From: Camelus ferus
Lineage: Eukaryota
Length of the DNA stretch: 64,000 nucleotides
Direction: 5' to 3'
Assembly (NCBI RefSeq): GCF_009834535.1
Contig: NC_045697.1
Location: 6,264,001-6,328,000, forward strand
Position 1 is the stretch's first letter, and every line of letters begins with the position of its first letter. Shown piece after piece: positions 1-12,560 of the stretch. Under the pieces are notes generated by a model that had not been told where the DNA came from, ran no database searches, and saw only the letters and a list, made by a program, of their open reading frames with translations. The translations under genes and the position numbers were made by a program.

Positions 1-849
1 GGTGAACGCCTTCTCCAGCACTTCCAAGAGGTTCGAACCATGCTCAGCTGGGAACAGCTGAGTCTTTCTGCCCTGTTGAGGGCCAGTGCTGATGTCTGAT
101 CCAAGGAGCCCCAGAAAGCTGGGCAGATAAAGTCCAAGGCATCTCTGTAGACAGCTGATGTTGAGATGATCAGTGATTCTAGGTACAACTGGTAGACGCA
201 CTGCCACTGGGGCCAAGGAGAGGTTCGCCCAGTCACAGGCAGGTCATTCCTGGCACCAGAAAGGTGCCCCACACTTGTGGATGGGTCTGGCCAAGATAGA
301 CTCAGTGGAGATGGATGGTGAGCAGATTCACGCTGCTCACAGATATCCTCATTTTAAAAAGACTTTGCCTTTCTATGGGGCAAGGGTGACATTTTTCTTA
401 AAGGAAAAATGAGGTAACGTGTCCTTTACTGAAACCTGCAGTAATTTTTAAGGGATGATGAGCTCATAACCAAAACATGGGATATCTGTGCAAATTAGGT
501 TTGTGACAGATGCCCTATAAGCTCTGCATGGATGTTCTAGACCATGTGGACCATGGCCCGCTGAAGTGACTGCAAAGCATGATGATACTCAAGTTGCATG
601 TAGATTGAGACCAACAAGTGTCTTTCTGGGATAGTCCAGAAATACTTGGTTTATCCAAGTATTGTATTGTTGTGATTACATTGATGTGCCCTCATAACAT
701 TAAGTATTTTTCCATTCTTAGAGTAGGGAAGGAGACTCAATAGCTTGGCAAATGTAAAGGTCTCCTGGAGTGTCATTCCAAGTGGTGGACCTGTTGTGTC
801 TGAAATGACTTGATCAGATCTTCAAAGGATGCAGCATGGTTCTCAGCTC

Positions 850-1250
850 CTTGTTGAGGTTCTAGGAAACAATACAACAGAGTGTGGTATATAGTGTGCT
901 CATTAGGGATTGTCCTTGAGATCCACACTTGTATAAGGGGCAGGGTAGAAGCAGACTGAGTAGAGGAAGAACTTGAGATGCAAAGCTGAGTTTGTCTGAC
1001 AGCTGTGACCAACCCTATGGAGGACTTGGTTGTTGACACGGCCCATCAGAGTTGTCCTGTGTTGGGCCCAAATCAGGGCTTTATATACCCACCTGGACCA
1101 GTCTGGGGGGTTTGTGCTGTTTCCAGATGAACATGACCTAGGGTGAGTTGGCTGCCTGCCCCTGAAACTGTCCTTGTGGGCTGAAGCACTCCCGGAAGTC
1201 AGGACAGGACTTTCCTTAAAGGGATCTGGAGATTGTATCTTTGTCTAACA
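850..1250 (-). mobile_element. ERVL LTR, LTR16-like (3' LTR of the adjacent relic)
   Basis: Resembles the reverse LTR16 consensus (gcccatcagagttgtcctgtgttggg...ctttatatac...aagggatctgg); ends ...ctaaca directly against ERVL internal sequence. Confidence 0.7.
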
Positions 1251-3470
1251 GTCCATGCTTTGGGCCAAATCAGATCTACTTTATGTACATTCAAGAAATA
1301 GTTCCTCCAAGATCCAGATAGGCCTCTCTTCCTGAGTGAGGAGGAATTTGGGAAGAGTGGGGTTAGAGGGAAAAACTCTGGTCTCAATTGTTCTCGTTGG
1401 TCTCAGCATTGTTACCAATAACCACCATCGCATGATGGTGACTCCATCATTTACCTCCTCCACCATCCTATTGATTCCTACCTGCCCTTAGCAAGCTTGA
1501 TCTGGTTTGCTTACCTGGTGGCATAATGCAGACTCTCATCCCTGAAGGTCAGAGGCCCTGGTTGCCGTGTCCTCAGGCTGACGTTGCTTGCTGCTCTTTA
1601 TCACACAGTTGGGGAAGGAGCACCAAGAATTGCCCAAGTGGGCTTGTCTGTGTGCCACATGTATTCTCCTACCCCCCGTTGTGGCTCAGTGACCCTGCGT
1701 TCCCTGCTGATCAGTCAAATACCTCGGACAAGTTGATTCTTTTGCCTTCTGATCCCAGGAAACAAAGAGCCCAAGCAAAATGTCTGCTGGGAATAGTATT
1801 GTCCTTCCGGGCCCTGCAAGTTTAGAGCTCCTGGTCCTGAAAGTTGCATAGATGGAAAGCAGACATTTCTCAAATGGCTCATGGGTGTGATGACAAGTGG
1901 GGCTTTTTTCCTACTTCTGCCCATTGGTTCCAGATATTCCTCTGATTCGTGACAGTGCCATAGAAAAGTACTTGAATCAAAATGGATGATTCATCCTGGA
2001 GGATGGGGCCCCATCCTTAGAGCATTGCCTCTGAGACAGCCTGACAAAAGGCACATTTGAAGGATCATTCTGAGCCAGCAGCTGACGAGTGGTGTAGCCT
2101 GTGATGCAGTCAGTGAACTCCACGATCATGGCTCATGCCTGCACTTTGTTCACTGTGAAATGGATGCCTTAGTCTGATGTGATGTTATTGTGGGATATCG
2201 TACTGGATCAATTCTCTAAATCCTCTAATAGTGGTGCAGGGTAAACACCTATGGGCAGGAATTTTACCTTCCAGGAGTGTCTAATCTTCCTGTTAGAACC
2301 GAACCCTGGCCCTTATAACAGGAGCCCACTGAAGTCAACTTGGGACCAAGTGGCCAGTTGGTTTGCCAACATGAGGAATGTTCTGTATGAGGGGCTCAGG
2401 GCTTACCACTGTTATTGGCAAGCCAGATATTCAGAGAGGGTAGGAGATGCCAAGCGGAATCCCCTGCTTTTGAGCCCACAGACAGCAACTACGCCTGCAG
2501 CTGTGGCTATTGGGTATCCTTGGCCACCCCAGGGCTGTTAGCATGATGAGTACATGGATGAGGGCCAGACGGCCTCCACTGGCAAACTCAGTTTGTCTTA
2601 CTTAGTTAATGGTGGTGGTTCTCTGGAGAACCTTAACATGTGATGTGAAGATCTTTTCACTCTTTGACCACTCCCATATGTCTACCTGTCTATCCTCTAC
2701 TCAGGGCTTCCTTGCCCTCAGTCCTCCAGTCTTTTCCCTTTTCTGTCCATTTGCTACTGCCCGTGATTCCATATGTGTTCTAACCTTGGGCTATATCTTT
2801 TTCCATGCAAAGTAGAAGGTCAAGTACTTTGCTGGGGGTGCTCTCTATTGGGATGGTTTTTCCTTCTATGGTCCTTCAAGGCGACCCTTGAGTGAGGCTC
2901 TGGAGCAGTCAGTCCCCTCTTAAGCTTGTTCCCACATATTGAGGTGACTTATTTTTAAATTCAGCTTCTTTCTCCTTTCTTCAACTATTTGTAATAGATC
3001 CCATATTTGGGTATAGGGGTAAACTACAGGAAGGGTGTTAGTGAAATAGGAGAGCCATGGGGGTCTGTTATATCTGCTTAGATATACCTGTTTAAATATA
3101 GCAAGTATAAGATAGCTGTGTCCTCTGGGCCACCTCATACTCAACCCCATATGCTCTACTTCCAAAGCATAACAAATTGTCTCTGAGCTCAGCCAACCTT
3201 ATGCTTAGTGGGTCTGACAGACCGCAGTCAGTGATGGGAAGTTGCGGCTGCATAGTCACATGATATTCTGTGGTTGGGCACTTCCTCATGACCAGGGCCC
3301 AGTCTCATGCCAGGAGCTGTCTTACAAAAAATATCTCTGCTGTAGATGACTTGGTCATGTTCCAGAACCCCAGGATCCTGTGTTTTCTCACTGAAGCACT
3401 TTGGAGTATCTACTTGGCATCATTTTTTTTTACTACCACTTGTAAACCTAGTACTACAGTCTCCTGGGTT
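1251..3470 (-). mobile_element. ERVL internal region (ERV3-16A3-like), degenerate pol with integrase remnant
   Basis: Minus strand at ~2050-2200 reads as a frameshifted ERVL integrase core (like GIPxxIASDQGTHF...AHDHGIHW...AAG); many stops; LTR16-like sequence on both sides. Confidence 0.75.
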
Positions 3471-3745
3471 TTATGACCCTTCAGTTGATCCCACAGGAGC
3501 TCTGGGGCTAAAAGTAGCCTGAATAAATGGTCCATATTTGGCTGAAATGGCTTGGAATTTATATACTGATTTGATAGGTCACTGGATGTAGGACATCCCC
3601 AGAGGGACTGAACTTGGATAAGATGGCTTTCTGTAACAGAGGTAGTACCTAGAAGAGCTGAGAGCTTCCATCTGGAGCTAGCACTCCCAACAGCTGGGGG
3701 CTTCACATCTTTCCCTGAAGGGGTATCTTGGCTATCCTCTCAGAA
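3471..3745 (-). mobile_element. Second LTR16-like LTR fragment
   Basis: cccacaggagctctggggct...gcactcccaacagctgggg...ccctgaaggggtatcttgg parallels the LTR at 850-1250. Confidence 0.65.
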
Positions 3746-5348
3746 AGCTACCATCCTTAGAACTTGCTTTATTGCTGCCCTCTGCACCCTACATTCTCTA
3801 TGGTACCCCTCTGTTACCGATCTCATACCAATCTTTCTTTTCCTAAAATTGGGTTTAAAAAAACCTACCAATTCATGCCAGGAGTGATGGAGTCAGAGAT
3901 AGATACTTGGCTGTGAATGTTCACCAACTTTCTTCTGGCCAAATTATTCTGAAGGGAAGACACCTAATTTGGGGAGTCTCTTGGAGTGTTAGGGTAAGGA
4001 CTGACTTCTAGAAACTTTCTATTCCTTCTGATGGAACAATCCAGCATTTCTAAATCTGCTATGTTAATCTCGATGTTTTGTACAAAGGCATATGCTATCA
4101 GGAGTCTGAGTACAGAGAATGTGATGAATCCTTGGATCATGGGCAACCTAATGAATGAAGAATTGAGTCCCTGTACCCTGGGGCAGTATCTCCAAAAACC
4201 ATAAGGCTGAGTCTACCTCCAGCCGAGCAGGAGGCAACAAATAGCCCAGAAAATCAACTTCTATAGCTGCTGGAGTGTTACACTCATGACTATGGGATAT
4301 TTGGAAGGTCTTTTCTGACTTGATTTTGATTCTTTTTTCCTCCATTATCACTCAGTTGCCAAATAGTGCCTCTTTTCTTCTTGCATCTCCTCCAGAACCT
4401 AGACCTTATGAGAAGAATCACCCTTCAAGTCATCATACATACAGTTGACTGTGCTTTAATCTGTCGGGCCACCTAAGTACGGTGATAGGGTGGACATCTA
4501 CTTTCTGGTGGTGGTTTTATATCAACCTTGGGCCTTTCACCAGTTCCCTCTTCCCCCTGGTTCTCTGCACCTGCTCATTGTAGAGGCTTGTATGGTGGTG
4601 CCATGAGAGATTGCTTTCTGACTTTATTGTTTTTAAAATCGGCTTGGACCCAGTCTTTCCTCAAGTTATTTTCAGGATATGATTTTTTTGTGTTTCACTC
4701 CTGTGTTGGTTTTGAAGGAAATATTGAGAGACTTGGACCTAGACACCTGCCATTGTCTTTAGCCACCCCTCCCTTTCATCTAAAAGCTAAGTTTTCTAAT
4801 ACAAGTATGAAACAGAATTTATCATAATTCAGAGTTGGAAGAAATGTTGCCTTTTGTCCAGTATTTCTGATCTGTCTGGGCCATCTTACTGTGGCTTGGT
4901 CAGTTCTACTGGCGATTGTCTATAACATCTTTCTCCACCTTAAAGTGAGGCCACTTCCTAGGCTTCAAGATACTCTGAGAATCTGGTTTAGCCAGCTCTG
5001 CCCCTATCTGCCTGTGGGCCGTGAGTCTTTCGAAGGTGTATGTTAGCACCTTTCCTGTTAGCACGAGTCAAGGATTTCTTCCCCAGCTATGGTACTAGAC
5101 TGTCTTAAAGCATGGCCTTTCTATAGCCACACTTCCTCTGGTGAGATGACTTTTTCAACATTTCAAAACCCAAGATTTACTTCATTTTTAATTAAGTGGT
5201 AGATTAATCTTTAGAAGTTCTTAAAGTGTTCCCGAGTATTGAGGTCTTTGGACGGCCAAATGGTACAAAGTCCGCCGTGGTTGGGACTTGACACTACTGA
5301 CTGTCCTCAGTTTACAAGGACTTCCAGCTTCTAAACCTGTGTGCCTTA

Positions 5349-5365
5349 ATGCCACCAGGTGGCAT
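5349..5365 (+). promoter_or_regulatory. Candidate CTCF site / 17-bp palindrome
   Basis: ATGCCACC-A-GGTGGCAT: perfect 8-bp inverted repeat containing CCACCAGGTGGCA, close to the CTCF core CCASYAGRKGGCR. Motif match only. Confidence 0.45.
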
Positions 5366-6752
5366 CTCATGACGGTGCTCCCAAAGGAGTGAAATGGCAG
5401 CCAAGACAGTCTACTGAGGAATGATGGCCGAGGTTGGGATCAAGGATGGCATCCTTCTGAGTTTTTTTAGTGGATTCATTGGCTCCACGTATCATTTAGG
5501 CTTTGGTGGAAGAACATTATGCCTCTTAAACACTTGAGTCTTCTGGGCTCATTGGTGCATGCCTTTTCCCAGAGTGATATTTGACTTAGTATAGGGGAAG
5601 GACCCTAGTGGACTGCCACCAGAAGTGACCGTGGGTTTGGACTGAAAACCATACTCACAAGATTTAATGGGTTTTAACCTAATGTTTACTGAGCATTTTA
5701 GAAGGCACCAGTGGGAGAAATGAGGCATGCATACCATTTGCATTTCATGGAGAAAACTGCAAGCTACCCCCGAGCACACACTTTGCTTCTTTGCACAGGG
5801 CACATACACGTGGCTTCTGTGGTCAGCAGTGAAGATGTGTGGCCCGCTTTGAAAAAATGAGCTGAGGCCTCCATTCTTATTAATCAGTTACAGAATTCCA
5901 TTCATACAGGCCCAAGGCTTGCATGCTGACTCATTATTCTCTCTGCACAGATCTGGTTCACATATCAGGCTTTTCACACTAAATAGACTTAAGATATGGA
6001 ATGCTGAGTCCTGTAGTTTGCCAGAAAATGGTACTATGAGATGACAGAATGAGATGCATTTTTCAGACAAGCCTGTGTCAGCCTAGACCAGGTATCAGAA
6101 TAGACCGGCTGGGTACGTGAGCTTCAAGACCACAGATCTGTGGCACATAAGTGCGGAGGGGATCATGGGATCCTTCTAGGTTGGGGGTGGATGGCTGATG
6201 TAAACCCCAGATCCAGGCCTTAAAAGAGTGTGAGACTGGGGCCTCTTTGCATGAAGGGATGGGATGAACAGTGCGAAGATCCTGGCAAACATTTGAGTTA
6301 TGACTCCAGCACCCAGGCTTCAGTAGCAAATTGAGTTTAGGTGGCAGCTATGGCTTCTGGAAAAGCCTTGGACCTATAAAAGTGGGGCCACAGTACTGTG
6401 CTGGTCACCAGTCCGTCAGGGGGTGGCCCTGCCTGAGAACGCTAGTCTCCTAGCAGAGGTAGTCACCTCAGGGCTCCAGATCTTTCCTCCCTGGAAGTGG
6501 GAAGGCTGCTCCTGTACTTAGCTGGGCAATGCCTACCGGCTCTGTACCAAGTCACTCATTCAGTGGGAGTGCAGTTGGGATAAGAGCCCCTGTGGTTGCA
6601 GGCCTGGGGTCGTGCCCCCATCAGCTCGCTCACACAGGTGAGGAATGACATGCGTGGGTACAGTTCCTCTTTCTCAGATGTGTTCGCTATGTACTCTAGA
6701 ATGTATGTAAAGGCCATGCCAACCTTGGTATGACTCTATTCTAGTAACATTC

Positions 6753-7328
6753 TTTTTTTGGCCACAAAAGGCTTTGTTTCCATTTGGTCCATGGCTTGGG
6801 AGGGAGCTTCAGGGTGGTTAAAAAGCTGCCTAGTGGGTGCACAGAGAGGCTCAGGCAGAAGCCCTTACACCAGGGGGTGCCAGAGGGGCCCCTCAAAGGC
6901 CCCTGGACTCTGGACTCTCTTAGTGGTGCCTGAGGATGAGCCTTTCAAAGAAACTCACCCAGCCCATCCTGGGGGCTGTCCGGCTTGCAGAGGCTAGTCA
7001 GGTGACTGCCCATCTTCTTAGTGGGTTTCAAGTCCTCATTAAGGGAGTGGCTCTCCAGGAAGTCAGAGATGGGTGTCTGCATGGGCAGACAAAAGATCCT
7101 GTTTCAGGTTTTTCTTCAAGGCTACAGCAGCTCCGGGGCATCCAGGGATGCCCACTCACCTTGGGATGGTTTCTGCATGTCCTGGATAGGGTATGGCCTC
7201 TGTGTTGGCTTTGCATCTTCAAGAGATGCTCGGCATCCTCACAGTTTTCAGCCAGTTTACAGAAGTGTCCCAAGCCCTCCAGAGCCACATCATGGGGGTC
7301 AAAATAGAAGCCCAGAGAGAGAGGAGGT
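6753..7328 (-). pseudogene. FTL: Ferritin light chain processed pseudogene, 5'-truncated, frameshifted
   Basis: Minus translation [20 protein letters not shown]...EHLLKMQSQ...[25 protein letters not shown] matches FTL ([18 protein letters not shown]...ERLLKMQNQ...[25 protein letters not shown]). No introns; stop at 6920-6922; FTL-type 3' UTR; A7 tail remnant at 6753-6759. Confidence 0.95.
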
Positions 7329-7383
7329 TCCCAGATAAAGGCAGATCAAGTGGTGGATGGAGGCCTCCACCTGGGGTAACTAT

Positions 7384-8040
7384 TGTCACAGAACTAAACA
7401 CTAGCTTTACTGTGTGTGGGAGAGCAGAGCCATCTAGTGACAACAAGGGCTGTGCTGAGGGAAAGCGCCGTGTTTACGCAGGGCCAACAAGAAGTCTGAG
7501 CAGCTGACGCTCAACTTCCACAAGCCTGCAAAGGGTTTCAGGGAAACATGGCTTAAGGCAATGTGAGGAAGGGGAGTCTCAGGGTGCAGGATCAGCTTGT
7601 GCACAATTCTGATTGGTTCCTGGTGGCATCACGGGGACTGACATGATCCTCAGGCTCCAGCCAGTCTGGGGGCTACATGCTCAAGGTCATCATAGCGTTG
7701 ACTTCTCCCGTCTGGTAGGGGTTTTAGTATCTGTAAAAGCAACCTAGGAATGTGCACCAGACAGTGTTATCTATGTCCATCAGGGAGGCACTAAAGATTC
7801 CGTGATTGCTGTCTGATTGGTGCATTGTTTAAATTGTTACCAGTTCTCCCCGCCCAAATGCTACTTGTCACTACATGTTCACATTCTTCCAATTGTTTAT
7901 TCTTGAGCTGAATTTTGTGACTCAGCAGAGGCCTGGGAGACTAAAGCTTTTCTACAAACAAGAGGCAGGGGGAGGTCGTGGTTGGGGGTGGCACAGGGAG
8001 TCTGTCCCAAGTAGGCCCCATGAGGTCCTGCTCTGTTACA
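7384..8040 (-). mobile_element. ERV1-class solo LTR
   Basis: TG...CA termini (tgtcacagaac...ctctgttaca); 4-bp TSD CTAT/TTAT with one mismatch; CCAAT box on the minus strand (ctgattggtt). Confidence 0.75.
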
Positions 8041-8789
8041 TTATGATGAATCATGGTTGATTGGCAATATAAGAGCTACGCTCAAAAAGTGGTGTTGCCT
8101 GGACGATGGCTGAGAAAATGATTCTGAAGGTTGTGAGTGGAAAAGAGCTTGGAGGTTGGTCAGAGGCTGGGAAGAAAGTGTCCCTGGTTCCGTTCCGTCC
8201 AAACGCTGCTGAAGCTAGAGACCAGCAGGACTGCAGGGCACATTCTGTTCTTGTTTGAAGAACATCCCTTTTTATCAAGTTGTTTAGCAGGGCCACAGGC
8301 TGCAGGCTCAGGAACTCTTCCTGGGGGAGACCTGGGGAGTGGACCTTGGGGAGAGACCTGAGTAGAACACCAGGCTGCCATGCTGGTCCTTCATTCATAG
8401 GTACAGAAAGACCTAGAACTGACTACGCAGCTCTAGAATTCTCTGTCATGACTGCACCCTTCAGGAACAAGGCTGGAGAAACAGATCCAGGGAACCCTCT
8501 TACATTCTCAGTGAGGCTGCCAGGACCCCAGACATCAGAGCACTGAGTCCTTACCAAGTTGTGCATGGAGCAGGGACCTCATGCTGTGAGGCCCCAGCAG
8601 AGCAAAGTAGGCACCGTCATGTGCTGCCCAGACCCCTCTTCAGCAATGAAAATCTTTTTGCCTCCACTTTTGGAAAGGCTGCTGGCAGAGAGGCATCGGA
8701 TATCAACCCTCCATTGTATATGTCTTGGATGCCATCCTGTCCTCCCCCCTCCTCCTGGGCACTGTGCGCAACCCACAGCCAGTCCATGA

Positions 8790-9030
8790 TCAGTGCAGGG
8801 GTATGACAGCTGGTCCTCCCATCCTAACTTGGTATGCCATGAAGGGCCATCCTAGCTTTAGTGTGCCCCGTGGGGTTGGCTGAGCCTTTCTGAGACTGTG
8901 TCATGTTCAACCTCTCCCTCTGCCTGATCCTGCTTCCTTCCCTTCCACAGGGGGTAGCCTCAAGGGGACTCTCTAATAAGTTTCCTGCAGGTACCTCTCT
9001 GCTTTCCAGGGAACCCGCCCTGGACAGCCT
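8790..9030 (+). mobile_element. LTR16-like LTR fragment
   Basis: gaagggccatcctagc...ccccgtggggttggctgaggcc-like...ctaataagtttcctgca...ttccagggaacc resembles LTR16 in sense orientation. Confidence 0.6.
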
Positions 9031-10530
9031 TCATTCCTGCCTCCATGGTCCCTTGTTGCGCAAGGATGGGTAGCCTGAGAGACTGGCTCATGTCTTCCAT
9101 CTTATGTCTCTGCCCACCAGACCACTTATTGGTTACTCTCCACAAAAATAGATTGTCAACCTTGTTTCATGCAAAGTGGGCAAAGCTGCCTGAAAATCTG
9201 CCTGCTGGGAGGGCTTCTTACCTCCCATTCCCTTTCGGGCCTTCCACTGACTAGGGCCATGTGACTGCTCCCCAGCGTAGTCTGTGCATCCATCTATAAC
9301 CTAGGTTTGCACCTTTCCTCTTGGGTTAATTGTAAACACCTCAGAGTTGGGTGGGTTGAGAGCTGCTGCATCAACAGAAGAGGGTGCCATGGGATTCCCA
9401 ACCACCTGCTCATGCCCTGTGCTGTACCTCTGGAGTTATTCATACTTGGTCTTCATTATCATACTTTGTGATGCTACATTGTGGTGCTTGCCTAACTTTG
9501 TGGCCCAAGAAACCCAGTTCATGATGGAAATATCTGATCCATCAAACCTTATGGTCATGCAGTGTCCTACTGTGAGGCTCTGGCTTCTACCAGAGCCAAA
9601 GAGCAATCCAGAAGCAATTATTGAGGAGAATAGGGCACGGCCTCACTTCAGTCCCTTAGGAATTGTGATTTTCTCACTAGGACCGTACAAGGCACTTTAC
9701 AGCGTCTGTTACCCACAGACAACTCCAGTGTGAGTCAGCTGTGTCACGGGGCCCACGTGGCAGGGCAGCTTGGACCTGCTGTGGAGTACTCCTTCTCTGG
9801 GTTCCATGTCAACTTGGAAGCTTATGGATCACCTGGTGGATGAGTCTGGGTGGTACCCCTATGTGGTCTGTATTGCCTCTAAAGTCTAAAAAGTACCAAG
9901 AACTGGGCCACCTTCATCCTGGTTGTGTGACTTGTTCCTCACTTGAGAGGGAGTGTTCTAATATGCCAAGGCCATTGCTGTGGCAGGAGAGCCTTCAGGA
10001 GGCTCTCACCAACTTCCGGTGCTCATCTGTGTGGCTAAGTCATCTAGGATGCTTGCTTCTTGTTGTTCAACAGGTCGAGCAAATAATGCCATTAGCATTA
10101 TGGAGCAATCTGGTGGCCTTTGGAGTATCAGGACAAACATGACCCTTGCAGTCTCCATTGTGTCAGGGCAGGACAGTTCTTAGAACTTTGAGCATGGTCA
10201 GTGAAGGTGTGTAATTTCCACGCCAAGTGAAGGCAAACTGCAGCAAGAGTGTATGTGGCTGAAACTAGCTCTTGCCAGTCTACTGACTGAGTCTGGTGTA
10301 TATTTGCCCAGCTGGATTATAATGCCAGCTGAATGAGGGTAAGGCTTGGCTGCAGTTTGTTTCTCCAAGAATAACTTCTTGGTGGTCCCCACTTGGACAT
10401 TCTTTGTTTACTGTTTCCTAAAGTGTGGCCATGTGACTGCTTAACAAGTGTTCCTTCCTGCCTTAGCAAGGACAACTACATTTATACCAAAATATTATGC
10501 TAGACCAGTTGTATGAAGTCCTAACTGGTA
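9031..10530 (-). mobile_element. ERVL pol relic (RT / RNase H tether)
   Basis: Minus strand gives ERVL RT-like pieces (EQQEASILDDL; LQQVQAALPRGP, cf. ALQQVQAAVQAALPLGP) with stops and frameshifts. Confidence 0.7.
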
Positions 10531-10552
10531 TTGGGTCAACAACTGTAGGTTC

Positions 10553-10715
10553 TTTTTTTTTTATTATTATTATTATTATTTGGTAAGAAAACATGAGACT
10601 GACCTTGACAAACTGAGATGCACAATTCAGTATTAACTGTAGGCATAATGTTACACAGTAGACCTCTAGAGCTTATGTGAAATTTCATACCCATGTAACA
10701 ACTCCACTGAGCTTT
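10553..10715 (-). mobile_element. Short L1 3'-end fragment with T/(TTA)n tail
   Basis: T-run plus (TTA)n at 10553-10582, then tattaactgtaggcataatgttacacagtagacctctagagctt, typical of an antisense L1MA-type 3' UTR. Confidence 0.6.
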
Positions 10716-11819
10716 CCAGTGGTTTCCTTGTATGCCACATGGCAAAATGGCATCTGAGGGGATCTTGCAGCACCTCCATTGTCTGCTACTAACTGTGTAG
10801 AGTTGACTGATAAATTTCACTGCAACTTCAAAAGCAGCAGTCATCTCCGGAGTGGGTGCTCCTGTCACCCATGCTTTTGTGCAAGCAGTAGCTTTCCAAG
10901 GCTTGCAGTTTTTTATGCAGTGAAGTCATGCCTGCATATGGAAATCTGAACAGTGTCTGAGAACCTGAACGCTGATCTTAAATTGCTTATTTCCAGAGGT
11001 TCTTCATACACTGCAGAAACGACAAAGCGACTTTCTGAATCTCAAAATGGCAGAATGTCTTTTCCTAGAAGCCAGCAGAGAAGCCATGTCTGTGCTTCCT
11101 GGTAATCGTTATGTACAAAATGATTCTGCAGCTCTAGAGTCATCTCTGCCACCTCCTAAAATGTTAACAGTATTTACTTTATTTGGCATGCCCAGATAAT
11201 TTGAATGGATCTGGGTTGTGTCTATTTTTTATAATGGAAACTTCTTATAAAAATTCAGGTGCTCAAGAAATTACCCTTCATTAAGACGTATCCCATCTGT
11301 GCATTCTGAAACCCTGTCCAGTTACAAAACTGAGATTTTCTTTTATTGCTTGAGCAGATGTTATAGACAAGCAGTAGTTAGCATCCTGTCCTGGAACTCT
11401 ATGTAGATTACTACATGTAAAGCAGGTTTACCAGGATGAGTCAATTCAGATAGTCCAGCTTATAGATCGAAGTCGGAAGAACTTTAAGCTCTCGATGAAC
11501 ATCTTCAGCAGTAGATTCAATGGGAGATGATGGTACAACTTTTATTCTAGAGCTGTCTACCTTAGTGTGCTGCTGATGCTTTCAGTGTCAGGGATATAAA
11601 GCAACTTTCAGAGTTTAGGAGTGTAGATTTTAAGTTAGGAAGCAGTAGACAATGAGGCAAATCCAAGGAGAGTGAGACTAAATATTCCTTTGAATCAACT
11701 GTAAATTTTACATGTAAAATTTTGCTTCTGTGTGTCGCACAGCCTTTCTTCTGGTGTCCTAGGAAAATGAATGGCTCTTTACCCTTTCCTGGCTCTTCTT
11801 CCTCTGCTTGGTAACCTAT

Positions 11820-12560
11820 TAAAAGGAAACCCTGGTACACTATTGGAATGTAAATCAGTACAGCCACTATGGAAAACAGTATGGAGGTTTCTCAAGAAAT
11901 TAAAAATACAATTCAGCAATTCCACTTCTTGGTATTCAAAGAAGACAACTCAAAGATATATACACTCCCACGTTCATCATAGCATTATTTACTATAGCCA
12001 AGACAGGTGGATTCCATAGGTGTTCACTGACAGATGAATGAATATATATACACACACACATACTTACACATAACCACATAAGACCATTATTCAGCCACGA
12101 GGGGGGAAAAACTCACTATTTTCAACAACATAAGTGGAGCCTGAGGGCATTATACTAAATGAAAGAAGTCAGGAAGACAAGTACCATGGGACGTTACTTC
12201 TATGGGGAATCTAAAATAAAGTTCATAGATACAGAGAACAGATGGCTGTTTTGCCAGAGATGGGAGGTAAGGGATAGGCTAAATGGCTGAAGAAAGTCAA
12301 AGGGAACAAACTTGCAATTATACAATTGTGAGGACAGAATATACAGCATGGCAACTCTACTAATAGTGTATTGCATATTTGAAAGTCACTAAGCATAAAC
12401 CTTCAAGTTCTCAGGACAAGAAAAAGAAGAATCCTGTTGTCTGTAGTGATGGATACTAACTAGATTCATTGTGGTGATCATTTCACAACACATGCAAATA
12501 TTGAATCGTTATGCTGTACATGTGAAATTAATATATGGTAGGTTAATATACGACAACATT
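11820..12560 (+). mobile_element. LINE-1 3' end (ORF2 C-terminus + 3' UTR, L1MA9-like)
   Basis: Translates to LECKSVQPLWKTVWRFLKKLKI (L1 ORF2 C-terminus), followed by 3' UTR motifs gtattgcatatttgaaagt and gtggtgatcatttcaca. Confidence 0.9.

Noticed and set aside
11190..11600. Endogenous bornavirus N (RHNPDPFKL, SSRIK)
   Set aside because: Too short and gapped relative to BDV N (RHPDAIKL, SSKIK); cannot be supported without a search.
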